From a bacterium (GTDB taxonomy: Bacteria > Zhuqueibacterota > Zhuqueibacteria > Residuimicrobiales > Krinioviventaceae), in assembly GCA_963674595.2 (NCBI GenBank), contig CAXXFV010000004.1:192001-256000 (forward strand): a stretch of 64,000 nt of DNA. Direction: 5' to 3'. Made by a program: the position numbers and the translations under genes. Of this stretch, positions 20,839 through 30,278 are shown piece after piece; position 1 is the stretch's first letter; each line of letters starts with the position of its first letter. Below the pieces are notes generated by a model. That model searched no databases. It was not told the origin of the DNA and worked only from the letters and a program-made list of their open reading frames with translations.

Positions 20839-21829
20839 ATGGCCGGCTATTCTCTTGAGGCCTTTTTCCTTCCTTTTTGGAATAGTTATCAGGTTTCGTA
20901 ATTTTCTATATGATTTTCAGATATTAAAAAGCACTCATATAAGCTGCCCGGTAATCAGCATCGGTAACATTACTGTTGGCGGAACAGGAAAAACACCGAC
21001 TGTTTTATTTTTGGCAAAATGGTTAACAGAAAAATACAAAGTTTGCATCATTAGTCGTGGGTACAGACGAAACAGCACAGGACATCTTGTTGTTTCTGAT
21101 GGAGAAACAATCTCGAGTACGGTTCAGGAAGCCGGAGATGAACCCTTTTTGCTGGCCAAACGATTACCAAATACAATCGTAATCGTCAATTCAAATCGTG
21201 TCGAAGCTGCTTTAAGGGCATACCAGGATTTTCATCCTGATGTAATTTTGCTGGATGATTCTATGCAGCATCGAAAAATTTTCCGTGATATGGAAATTGT
21301 CACAATGCAGGGCGACAACTTTTTCGGTAATAAATTCATGCTTCCGGCCGGACCTTTACGGGAACAATTGTCCGGGCTAAAAAGAGCGGACCTTATTTGG
21401 ATAAATAACAGTAAAAACAATTTAAAGACGTTTAAAAACAAGCCTGTTATAAACGCACACTATCAGCCTGAAGGCCTCGGTGATTATGCCGGAACTGTTT
21501 TTAAAATAAGCGACCTGAAAACAAAAATAATAGCCGTCTGTGGTTTGGGCTCGCCGGATAATTTCAAAAAAACGCTCGAACAATATGGTGCCTATATTAC
21601 AAAATTTTTAACGTTTAAAGATCACCACGAATATACACTAACAGATATTCAAAATATTGAAAAACAGTTTAAACAAAACAATGCAAAACTTTTAGTGACG
21701 ACAGAAAAAGACTGGGTAAAAATTGCACACCTTGTCTCTCTGAAAAATAATTGGCGCTATCTGATAATAAACGCTCAACCGGATGACTTGGAAAAAATCG
21801 CAGAATTAATAGAGTCTGTATTAAGTTGA
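20819..21829 (+). CDS. lpxK: tetraacyldisaccharide 4'-kinase
   Basis: GNITVGGTGKTP, SRGY, GDEP, LDDSMQH, PAGPLRE and TTEKD motifs. Confidence 0.96.
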   Translation: MQFFQTKWPAILLRPFSFLFGIVIRFRNFLYDFQILKSTHISCPVISIGNITVGGTGKTPTVLFLAKWLTEKYKVCIISRGYRRNSTGHLVVSDGETISSTVQEAGDEPFLLAKRLPNTIVIVNSNRVEAALRAYQDFHPDVILLDDSMQHRKIFRDMEIVTMQGDNFFGNKFMLPAGPLREQLSGLKRADLIWINNSKNNLKTFKNKPVINAHYQPEGLGDYAGTVFKISDLKTKIIAVCGLGSPDNFKKTLEQYGAYITKFLTFKDHHEYTLTDIQNIEKQFKQNNAKLLVTTEKDWVKIAHLVSLKNNWRYLIINAQPDDLEKIAELIESVLS

Positions 21830-21857
21830 AGTGTATCACAATAGAACAAAAAATTAC

Positions 21858-21886
21858 TTGATATTTAACCAAATATTTGCTAGTAT
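21858..21886 (+). promoter_or_regulatory. sigma70-like promoter (extended -10) of the response regulator
   Basis: TTGATA-N17-TAGTAT with a TGn extension. Confidence 0.5.
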
Positions 21887-21925
21887 TTTAGCGATTGTAA
21901 AAAAATAATTTTTGGAGAACACCAA

Positions 21926-23308
21926 TTGGGTAATCAAACCAAAAGACCTCAAATACTCATCGTTGACGATGATAAAAATATTTGCAAAATGATTGAGGCC
22001 AGTCTTCGCAAGGAAAGGAAATATGAAATTTCCACGGCTTTAAGCGGCGAAGCTTGTCTGGCGTACATTCGTGAAGAGGTCCCAGACCTTGTTTTAATGG
22101 ACATACAAATGCCGGGTATTGACGGCATTGAGACCTTGAAACAGGTAAAACAGGAAGATTCCAGGATACCAGTTGTAATGATGACAGCACACGGCACCAT
22201 TGAAAGAGCTGTCCAGTCCATGAAACTTGGTGCATACGATTTTATTACCAAACCTTTCGCCCGCGACCGACTGCTCGTAACAGTCAATAATGCCCTGGTG
22301 AACAGTTCTCTTCGTAAGGAAGTGGATGAATTACGTTCTGAATTAAAAGACAAATATCAATTCGAAAACATTATCGGTGAAAGCGGGGTCATGCAGGATG
22401 TTTTTCGTGCTGTTGAAAAAGTAATCGACAGCAATGTAACGGTTATGATAAATGGAGAAAGCGGTACGGGTAAAGAATTAATTGCCCGAGCCATCCATTT
22501 TCACTCAACAACCCGCGCCGGTAAACCTTTTGTGGCCGTTAACTGTTCCGCATTACCGGAATCTTTGCTCGAAAGTGAATTGTTCGGACACGAAAAAGGG
22601 GCCTTTACCGGTGCATCCGGAAAACGTATCGGTAAGTTTGAACAGGCCAACGGTGGAACGATCTTTCTGGACGAAATCGGGTTGATGACACCCGCAACAC
22701 AATCCAAAATTTTACGCATTCTTCAGGAACGGGAATTTGAACGTGTCGGCGGCAGCGAACTTGTTAAAGTTGATGTTCGTATTATCTCGGCGACAAACAA
22801 AGACCTTGAAGAAGAGATGAAAAAAGGCAGTTTCCGCGAAGACCTTTATTATAGAATTTCTGTTTTTCCCATCAAATTGCCGCCTTTACGGGACCGTAAA
22901 GATGACATTCCCAAGATCGCAGCTTTCTTTTTAAATAAATATGCCAACCAGGAAGGAAAATCGATCGATTGTATTTCTCCGGACGCCCTGGATCTGTTAA
23001 TGGCCTACAACTGGCCGGGCAATGTCCGTGAACTGGAAAATGCTATTGAAAGGGCCGTTGTTTTGGTTAATGGAGATGAAATCTCTGCCAAAGAACTACC
23101 TTCATCTGTCCGGGCGCTGGGCGAAAAAAGAATTTATGAAGCTGACAATACTCTGGCAAACTGGATTGAAAAGCTTGAAGAAGATGCCTTGAAACAGGCG
23201 TTGTTGGAATGTGAAGGCAATATATCAAAAACCGCCAAAAAGCTGGGAATCGGCCGGGCCACCATCTACAGAAAAGCCAAAAAATACGGCCTTCCTATGG
23301 TAAAATAA
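21926..23308 (+). CDS. sigma54-dependent response regulator (NtrC/AtoC family; REC-AAA+-Fis HTH)
   Basis: REC (VDDD, MDIQMP, KPF), GESGTGKE, GAFTGA, WPGNVRELEN and a C-terminal HTH. TTG start after GGAG. Confidence 0.95.
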   Translation: MGNQTKRPQILIVDDDKNICKMIEASLRKERKYEISTALSGEACLAYIREEVPDLVLMDIQMPGIDGIETLKQVKQEDSRIPVVMMTAHGTIERAVQSMKLGAYDFITKPFARDRLLVTVNNALVNSSLRKEVDELRSELKDKYQFENIIGESGVMQDVFRAVEKVIDSNVTVMINGESGTGKELIARAIHFHSTTRAGKPFVAVNCSALPESLLESELFGHEKGAFTGASGKRIGKFEQANGGTIFLDEIGLMTPATQSKILRILQEREFERVGGSELVKVDVRIISATNKDLEEEMKKGSFREDLYYRISVFPIKLPPLRDRKDDIPKIAAFFLNKYANQEGKSIDCISPDALDLLMAYNWPGNVRELENAIERAVVLVNGDEISAKELPSSVRALGEKRIYEADNTLANWIEKLEEDALKQALLECEGNISKTAKKLGIGRATIYRKAKKYGLPMVK

Positions 23309-23313
23309 ATTTT

Positions 23314-23340
23314 AAAAAGCGGATGAATATCCGCTTTTTT
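23314..23340. terminator. bidirectional intrinsic terminator
   Basis: AAAAAGCGGAT-GAAT-ATCCGCTTTTT between convergent genes. Confidence 0.85.
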
Positions 23341-24084
23341 TTATAATAACCCTGAAAAATGATGATCGCTGAAAAGTTTGACCGGATCATTAACTTTTAT
23401 AGGTTCCCGCACATAAAATGGCTCACCATAAGCAGAACCGATTTTATTTCCCCAATACTGTCCCCGTGTAATTATGGATTGTAAAAACTCTTTTGTCGCG
23501 ATATAGGTTGCTTCGTTGCCGGTTTCCTTATTATTTTCCGAATAAAACTGTGATTCATAGGCTTTCATGGCTTTAATTTTGTCGTCAAAGGAATCTGATA
23601 CATCAACAATAAAAGACGGATCAAAGTCATATAATTCCATGTAATAAATTGTTTTGTCAGGACGAAATTTTTCCTGTCCGGTACTAATATTTATAAGGCC
23701 GGAATAAAACGATGCCTCACGAACCAGGCTGGAACAATGGCTGTGGTCCGGATGCCGGGTCTTCCAATAGGGTGCAAAAACAATTTTTGGGCGATATTTA
23801 CGGATCGCAGAAATGACTTTATTTCGGTTCACTTCTGTTACCTGCACTTTACTGTCAGGTATATCAAGAATTTCATTTGCTGATAACCCCATTATCTGAC
23901 TGCTGTTTTCAAACTCTTTTCGGCGAATTTGTACGGTCCCTCTGGTGCCCATTTCACCGGCAGTTAATGAAACCACGCCTACTTTATATCCTTCACGACT
24001 TAGTTTTATCAAAGTCCCTGCACACATTAATTCAACATCATCCGGATGAGCACCGAATGCCAAAACATCAAGCGATAGACTCAT
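23341..24084 (-). CDS. bshB1: bacillithiol biosynthesis deacetylase
   Basis: AHPDDVEL, LTAGEMGTRGT and RHPDH motifs (PIG-L family). Adjacent to bshC. Confidence 0.9.
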   Translation of the reverse strand: MSLSLDVLAFGAHPDDVELMCAGTLIKLSREGYKVGVVSLTAGEMGTRGTVQIRRKEFENSSQIMGLSANEILDIPDSKVQVTEVNRNKVISAIRKYRPKIVFAPYWKTRHPDHSHCSSLVREASFYSGLINISTGQEKFRPDKTIYYMELYDFDPSFIVDVSDSFDDKIKAMKAYESQFYSENNKETGNEATYIATKEFLQSIITRGQYWGNKIGSAYGEPFYVREPIKVNDPVKLFSDHHFSGLL

Positions 24085-24087
24085 AGG

Positions 24088-25695
24088 TTATAACTCCAGA
24101 ATTTTATGTTCCGGTTTTTCAATATCAATAGCGTCATAAATTTTATGAAAAATATCAAAATTATATTTGGTTATAAAAGACAAAATATTAACCATCCGCT
24201 CCTGCAATTTATGTTGAGGAAGCAGATTGATTTGAATGCTGCCAAGTTGGTCTGAAACTGTTTTTTCACGCTGTTCAAACATTCGCAAAATTTTAGTTTC
24301 CAATTGATCATGCTGTTTTATAAAATTTGCCCGTGTTTTTTCAATAATTTGTTCCATTGAAGGATCAATGCCGGATAATGAACGGCCCAATTGTTCATAT
24401 TCATTTGTAATATGGTGCTTTATTGACGACAATTGTTCGTTAATATTATCCGGTATTAACCGGGAGGAAATTTCTTTTACTATTTTTTCCGGCTGAGTTA
24501 TAAACTCTAAAACAGAGATATTAAATTTCGCCAAATGTCGCTGAACTTTAGGCTCAACAAGGGTAAACCCGGCCCTGGGCATAACAACCGGCATGGACAT
24601 TTTAAAATTTTCATACACAGGTTTTAACTGGGCCCAATAGGAAATTTCTCCCGGCCCGGCGACATAGGCAACCGTCGGCAGTAATGTATCCTGAACAATG
24701 GGACGTAACGCAACTTTCGGACTTAACTTTTCCAGCCCTGCCAATAACTGTTCACTGGTATATTTCTCACCGGAAAACATGTTTTGAAAAAGATCACCCG
24801 CTTTTTGCAGACTGTGCCGACCCCGGTCCAGCATAAAAACATTGGGACGATCATTAATAAAACTAATTTGCCGGTGATAATCTTTTTGTTCTAATCTCTT
24901 ATCAGAAACGGATAAACCTTTATTTGTCAGGTCCTCGTTTAACTCTTTTTCAAAAACAGGCAGCATATACTTTTTCAAACGGTCATCGGAACTGTCCAGT
25001 AAAATAATGCCATACTCTGCAAAAAGATAAGAAAACCAGCGGGCAAACGCGGTATGAAAACTTTCACCTGAATGATAGCATTCACCCAATGTTTTAAAAA
25101 CAGATTCTTTAAATTCGGTATCCGGCAACATATTATCAAGCTGCCGAATCAATTCATAAATTGTATCGTTCAGCTTTATATCACTTACGGGCGTCCGTTG
25201 ATTTTCCGATTCCGAATTATATACCAATTTTTCAAATTGGTTCGCCCGGTTAACAATTCCGGTCCATTGTACTTCTTCAAAATCATGGTCCTCACTCACT
25301 AAATAAAAAATCGGCAGTACATTTAAATTTAATTTCGCTGATAAATGCTCTGCAAGCTTTATAGTCGTTAATGCCTTATAAAAAGTATATAATGGTCCGC
25401 CAAACAATCCAACCTGTTGTCCGGTTACAACAGCCAGGGAATCCGGGTTTTTTAATTTTTGAATATTTTCCAGTGTTTTTGGACCGCAATGAAAAGCCAT
25501 GTTCTGGGAATATAAAATATCAACAATGCTTTCCCGGTTGTCCCAGGATTTTGTTAAAACATTATCAGCCTGTTTTTTATAATCCGAAATTTTTCCAAAA
25601 TCACCATTAAAAAATTCAGCAACACGGTCAAAATCATTCACATAATCTTTAACCAGCGGCATATAGCCGGGTAATTTTTCCACAGGAACTATCAT
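24088..25695 (-). CDS. bshC: bacillithiol biosynthesis cysteine-adding enzyme
   Basis: VVTGQQVGLFGGPLYT, SEDHDFEE, YVAGPGEISYWAQ and LQER motifs. Confidence 0.95.
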   Translation of the reverse strand: MIVPVEKLPGYMPLVKDYVNDFDRVAEFFNGDFGKISDYKKQADNVLTKSWDNRESIVDILYSQNMAFHCGPKTLENIQKLKNPDSLAVVTGQQVGLFGGPLYTFYKALTTIKLAEHLSAKLNLNVLPIFYLVSEDHDFEEVQWTGIVNRANQFEKLVYNSESENQRTPVSDIKLNDTIYELIRQLDNMLPDTEFKESVFKTLGECYHSGESFHTAFARWFSYLFAEYGIILLDSSDDRLKKYMLPVFEKELNEDLTNKGLSVSDKRLEQKDYHRQISFINDRPNVFMLDRGRHSLQKAGDLFQNMFSGEKYTSEQLLAGLEKLSPKVALRPIVQDTLLPTVAYVAGPGEISYWAQLKPVYENFKMSMPVVMPRAGFTLVEPKVQRHLAKFNISVLEFITQPEKIVKEISSRLIPDNINEQLSSIKHHITNEYEQLGRSLSGIDPSMEQIIEKTRANFIKQHDQLETKILRMFEQREKTVSDQLGSIQINLLPQHKLQERMVNILSFITKYNFDIFHKIYDAIDIEKPEHKILEL

Positions 25696-25696
25696 A

Positions 25697-26431
25697 TTAA
25701 TCCTTTTTACCTATCATAATAAGCCGGGGAGAATCCGGCGTAAAAGCGCCTCCATTATAATCACCATACACAGCCGTACACATCAGGCCGGCTTCTGCAA
25801 ACATGCTTCCCAACTCAATAATTCCATAAACACGAACCGATTCTAAATATTCCCGTGTGTTCCGCTGATCGGAAATTGTTATCTTTTTTTCAAGCCGAAA
25901 AGAATGAGGATTAAAATTACGTTCCTGAACCAACTGCACCCCATGCTGTTCTTTTTTGTCTTTGGGGACCAAATTTTTTAAAGCATATTGTAAATTTAAA
26001 TAATCGAGCAGAAACAAACCATTTGGTTTAAGCGCACCCGAAACCGCTTTCAAAACCTTGACATTATCCTCTTCCTTTTCAAAATACCCGAAACTGGTAA
26101 ACAGACTCACCACGGCATCAAATGCGTTGTGATGGGGAATATCTTTCATATCTCCTCTGATAACATGAAAAGAATTCTGTGTCTCGCCGGACTTGATCTT
26201 GGCCATTTTAACAAAAACCGGTGACAGGTCCAGGCAGGTGACTTTGATATTATATTTACTAAAATGCACGGCATTCCGACCATAACCACCGCACAAATCC
26301 AATACCTGCTGCCCCGGTTCCAATCCCAAAACATTAACGCTAAATTTAACAAGCTGCCGGGCCTCTTTATCATCCCGATGCTGATAAACCTGCAAATAAT
26401 CTTTACCAAATGATTTTTTATACCATACCAT
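25697..26431 (-). CDS. SAM-dependent methyltransferase, probable N-methyl-bacillithiol synthase (NmbA-like)
   Basis: YLQVYQHRDDKEA N-terminus, VLDLCGGYGR, FTSFGYF and SPRLI motifs. Ends 1 nt before bshC. Confidence 0.75.
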   Translation of the reverse strand: MVWYKKSFGKDYLQVYQHRDDKEARQLVKFSVNVLGLEPGQQVLDLCGGYGRNAVHFSKYNIKVTCLDLSPVFVKMAKIKSGETQNSFHVIRGDMKDIPHHNAFDAVVSLFTSFGYFEKEEDNVKVLKAVSGALKPNGLFLLDYLNLQYALKNLVPKDKKEQHGVQLVQERNFNPHSFRLEKKITISDQRNTREYLESVRVYGIIELGSMFAEAGLMCTAVYGDYNGGAFTPDSPRLIMIGKKD

Positions 26432-26576
26432 AATATTTCAATAAATTATTAATTAAAAATTTTCATAATGTATGAAATATAATGGATTTTAAAAAGGTTT
26501 TACAGCAAAACCTTGATATTCGCCGACAATTTTAGTACCTTTAAGACTATTTAATTGCCTTAGAAAGGAGTACTTT

Positions 26577-27260
26577 TTGAATAAACTTGATGTTATACTT
26601 TTTGATCTGGATGGAACACTATTAGATACAATCCCGGATGTTCATGATTGTGCCAATCAAACCCTGAAACAAATGAATTTCCCCACCTTGCCCGTCGAAC
26701 AAATACAAAAAGCCATCGGACCCGGACCCGGCGTTTTTGCCAAAATTGTTCTGGGCGAAAAACATACGCATCGTATTGACGATTTTTTTGAAATTTTCCG
26801 TCCGCTTTATCATGACCATTGCATCAACAGCACCCGGCCTTTTCCGGGAATTATGGAGCTGTTGGATAAATTTGATCATTACAAAATGGCGGTTGCATCC
26901 AATAAACCCAAGTTTATGAGCACCCGAATTTTAAAAGGACTTGATTTATATGATCGGTTCGACCTGGTTATCGGACCGGAATCGGTAACAAACGCAAAAC
27001 CAGAACCGGATATGATCCATTTTGCGGCCGAACATTTTAACGTCAACGTTGAACAGACCATTTTGATAGGTGATACGGATAACGATATTTTGGCTGCCAA
27101 AGCAGCAGGCTGTCACAGCATATTAGCCGGCTGGGGCTATTCACACGAATTAGATCAACTTAAAAAAGACGCCTCTTTTTATGCCGAAAAACCTTTGGAT
27201 GTCATTCCGATTATTCATAATTTAACACAAACAAAACCTATAGAAACGGTTAATGTCTAA
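26577..27260 (+). CDS. HAD-IA hydrolase (phosphoglycolate phosphatase-like)
   Basis: FDLDGTLLDT, SNK, KPEP and IGDTDNDI motifs. TTG start after AAAGGAG. Confidence 0.9.
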   Translation: MNKLDVILFDLDGTLLDTIPDVHDCANQTLKQMNFPTLPVEQIQKAIGPGPGVFAKIVLGEKHTHRIDDFFEIFRPLYHDHCINSTRPFPGIMELLDKFDHYKMAVASNKPKFMSTRILKGLDLYDRFDLVIGPESVTNAKPEPDMIHFAAEHFNVNVEQTILIGDTDNDILAAKAAGCHSILAGWGYSHELDQLKKDASFYAEKPLDVIPIIHNLTQTKPIETVNV

Positions 27261-27276
27261 AGAATTTGGATGAATT

Positions 27277-27765
27277 ATGAATAATATTAAAAATTATCTT
27301 CCAACCTATAAAGGCTGTTTTATTTGCGGCCAAAAAGATGAAAATCCATCTACTATGAATGTTCGTTTTCAAGTGACGGAAGATGGGGTACAGGTGCCGT
27401 TTAAACCGGATAAAACCCGGGAAGGTTATAAAAATATTGTACACGGGGGTATTTTATGCGCCCTGCTGGATGAAACAATTGGCTGGGCCGCTGCCGTATC
27501 CAGACAGCGTTTTTTTATGACCATGGAACTGAATGTCAAGTTTGTCCGTCCGGTGGAAACCGACAAGGAATATCTGGTTAAAGGACGACCGACTGAACAT
27601 AAATCCAGGTATTCACTTGCCGAAGGAGAAATTGTTGATTTAGAGGGCACAGTTTACACCAAAGCAACCGGAAAATTCTTTTTAATGCAGGACGAACAAG
27701 CCCGAAAAGTCAACGATTATCTGGAATATAAGGAAAACGATTTGGATATTTTTATCCAATCTTAA
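27277..27765 (+). CDS. PaaI family hotdog thioesterase
   Basis: CFICG..NP and HGGILCALLDE motifs. Confidence 0.88.
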   Translation: MNNIKNYLPTYKGCFICGQKDENPSTMNVRFQVTEDGVQVPFKPDKTREGYKNIVHGGILCALLDETIGWAAAVSRQRFFMTMELNVKFVRPVETDKEYLVKGRPTEHKSRYSLAEGEIVDLEGTVYTKATGKFFLMQDEQARKVNDYLEYKENDLDIFIQS

Positions 27766-27802
27766 AACCAGAAATAAAACATCTATAGCAAAAGCCGGAA
27801 AA

Positions 27803-28387
27803 ATGAATATCTGGGACCTTAAAGCTCCGTTTTACCATATGTTTCGCAAGATGTGGCCCCTTAACCTGATCCATAAAAAAGAGACCACATCCATACAAAC
27901 GTTGTTATCATCCATCGGGGACCGGCAAGATGTTGTCCTGGACTTGGGTTGCGGCTGTGGTGATTCTTTTCATTTAGTCCAAAATGCAAAGCACATCTTC
28001 GGCATGGACCAAAGCCTGGTAATGGTTAAACGATACCGTAACAAAACCCAAAGACCGGTTTTTGTAGCCAAAGCTGAACACCTTCCCTTAAAATCAGGTT
28101 CCGTCTCATTATTCTATGTTATCGGCGTTTGTGAATATATAAAAGAGCTTTCTATTACTTTAAAAGAATGGAAACGATCATGCCGGCCAACCGGGAACGT
28201 TATTCTGACCTCTTCACCTCCGGTTTTATTCAATAAATTGCGAATAATCGGCGGCAATAGACTCTATCTTCGCACGAGCAATGTAATGAAAAACCTGATA
28301 AAGCTGTCAGGTTTTTATGTACAAAAAAATTTAAATTCCGGGTCGCAGCAAGCGTTTCTGTTATCAATTAAAAATCCCGGGAAATAA
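27803..28387 (+). CDS. class I SAM-dependent methyltransferase
   Basis: VLDLGCGCG and AEHLPL motifs. Confidence 0.75.
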   Translation: MNIWDLKAPFYHMFRKMWPLNLIHKKETTSIQTLLSSIGDRQDVVLDLGCGCGDSFHLVQNAKHIFGMDQSLVMVKRYRNKTQRPVFVAKAEHLPLKSGSVSLFYVIGVCEYIKELSITLKEWKRSCRPTGNVILTSSPPVLFNKLRIIGGNRLYLRTSNVMKNLIKLSGFYVQKNLNSGSQQAFLLSIKNPGK

Positions 28388-28451
28388 TTAATAAATAAAG
28401 AGAGCTTTTATACTAAAATAAAAGCCCGAAATATTCAACCAGAAATATTTT

Positions 28452-29876
28452 TTATTCTGCCATTACCCCATGGGGACGAAGATTTGCCTTGAGTTCGGCG
28501 TCAAAAGCAAGACCCTTTTGTTTTAGTTTTTCAGCAATTTCAGGGTATTGTGAAATCAAATTCGTTGTTTCACCTATATCTTTTTCCAAATCATAAAGCG
28601 CCCAGTCTGTTTTCAAATGATCTAATTTTGCGGGCATACCACCGGTTCCGCCCGGTCTTCCGTTCAGGGACCTGTATTCATGAGGAAAATGAAATTTCCA
28701 ATTCCCCATACGCACGGCTTCCAGATCATCCAGCCAATAAAAATACAACGCATCATGCGGGGACGCAGCACCGGACTCACCGGCCATCAAAGGCCATATA
28801 TCCAGTCCGTCTATGATATGATTTGGTAACTGCCCGCCGATTAAACCGGCAATGGTCGGAAAAATATCAATATTCATCACAGGTTCGGTACATAGTGAAT
28901 TTTCTTTAATCTTGCCGGGCCAGCGCATAATGCAAGGCACACGATGTCCACCCTCCCAGGTGGTCATTTTTCCTTCCCGCAATGGTTTGGCAGAACCGGC
29001 ATGGTCTCCATAAGAAAGCCACGGACCATTATCGGATGTGAATATAATTAATGTATTCTCATCCAGACCATGCGTTTTTAAAGCCTGCAATACCTGCCCG
29101 ACAGACCAGTCAATTTCCATAATAACGTCACCATACATTCCCTGCTCGGATTTGCCTTTGAACTTGTCGGAAACACCCAGCGGTACATGAGGCATGGAAT
29201 GGGCCAGATAAAGGAAAAAAGGTTTTTCCTTATTTTTTTCAATAAACTGAACAGCCCGTTCCGTATAACGGGTCGTTAACGAATTCATATCCGGATTATA
29301 TTCAACAACAGTATCGCCGTCAAAAAGCGATAAATCAGGAAAGTTTTTTCCGGCAGTCGGATGAAAGGGCCACATGTCATTACTATATGGTAAACCAAAA
29401 TATTCATCAAATCCATTCTGTAGCGGCAGATAGGGTTCTTTGCAGCCCAGGTGCCATTTACCAAATATTCCGGTCGTATAACCTTTTTGCTTGACCAGTT
29501 CTGCCAGGGTCATTTCATCCTTATGAATTCCATAGCCGCTATTGGAATTGAGTGCACCACGAATGCCGATACGATTGGGATAACAGCCGGTCAACAATGC
29601 TGCCCGCGAAGCACTGCAAACCGGTTGGGCCGCATGATAACTTGTAAACCGCATTCCCTGATCGGCCATGCCATCCAAATTTGGTGTTGTAAATCCTTCA
29701 GCCCCAAACACACCAACATCTGCATAACCCTGGTCATCGGTGTAAACAATAATAATATTTGGCAAGCTTGAGTGTTGGGTATTTTTAAAACAGCCCAATC
29801 CACCCAGGGCGGTTAAAGAAGCCCCTTGTAAAATCGTACTTTTAATAAAGTGTCGTCTCGATAATGTATCTGCCAT
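28452..29876 (-). CDS. formylglycine-dependent (S1) sulfatase, Tat-exported, probable lipoprotein
   Basis: SRRHFIK Tat motif, LGGLGC lipobox, [22 protein letters not shown] and TSDNG motifs. Confidence 0.93.
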   Translation of the reverse strand: MADTLSRRHFIKSTILQGASLTALGGLGCFKNTQHSSLPNIIIVYTDDQGYADVGVFGAEGFTTPNLDGMADQGMRFTSYHAAQPVCSASRAALLTGCYPNRIGIRGALNSNSGYGIHKDEMTLAELVKQKGYTTGIFGKWHLGCKEPYLPLQNGFDEYFGLPYSNDMWPFHPTAGKNFPDLSLFDGDTVVEYNPDMNSLTTRYTERAVQFIEKNKEKPFFLYLAHSMPHVPLGVSDKFKGKSEQGMYGDVIMEIDWSVGQVLQALKTHGLDENTLIIFTSDNGPWLSYGDHAGSAKPLREGKMTTWEGGHRVPCIMRWPGKIKENSLCTEPVMNIDIFPTIAGLIGGQLPNHIIDGLDIWPLMAGESGAASPHDALYFYWLDDLEAVRMGNWKFHFPHEYRSLNGRPGGTGGMPAKLDHLKTDWALYDLEKDIGETTNLISQYPEIAEKLKQKGLAFDAELKANLRPHGVMAE

Positions 29877-29938
29877 TATGACCTCACTTGTTTAGTAAAA
29901 AATACTATTTTTAATAAAACATATAGATTTTGCTTAAC

Positions 29939-30195
29939 TTGTCAACACTTGTTCACATTATCCACAATTTGTTCACATGGTGTTCAAATAACATGTGGGA
30001 AAAATTATGATTCATTTTTCAATTAAAACAAAGGGTTATCAACAAATCATAACAACATAAATTTTATAATTTTATGCCACGAAAAACTTATCCAATGCAA
30101 CTCTAATAAAATAAACAGCACTATTAAAAATTTTTATTAATCAAAAACATATTAACAAAATGCTTGCAATTTTCACAATCCACAAGTTATCCACA
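29939..30195. other. DnaA-box cluster (oriC or datA/DARS-like candidate)
   Basis: TTATCCACA at 29958 and 30187. Near-matches: TTGTCAACA 29939, TTGTTCACA 29949 and 29969, TGTGGGAAA 29994, TTATCAACA 30036, TTATCCAAT 30088, ATTTTCACA 30169, CAATCCACA 30176. All lie in a roughly 400-bp AT-rich intergenic region. Confidence 0.7.
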
Positions 30196-30213
30196 TTTAA
30201 GTTTGCCCTTTTC

Positions 30214-30243
30214 ATTATACAATTTAATCATCGTTACTGTCAA
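30214..30243 (-). promoter_or_regulatory. consensus sigma70 promoter pointing into the DnaA-box cluster
   Basis: Minus strand TTGACA-N18-TATAAT. Confidence 0.65.
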
Positions 30244-30278
30244 GAATAGGACACGTCTTTATTTCTGTTAAAACAATT

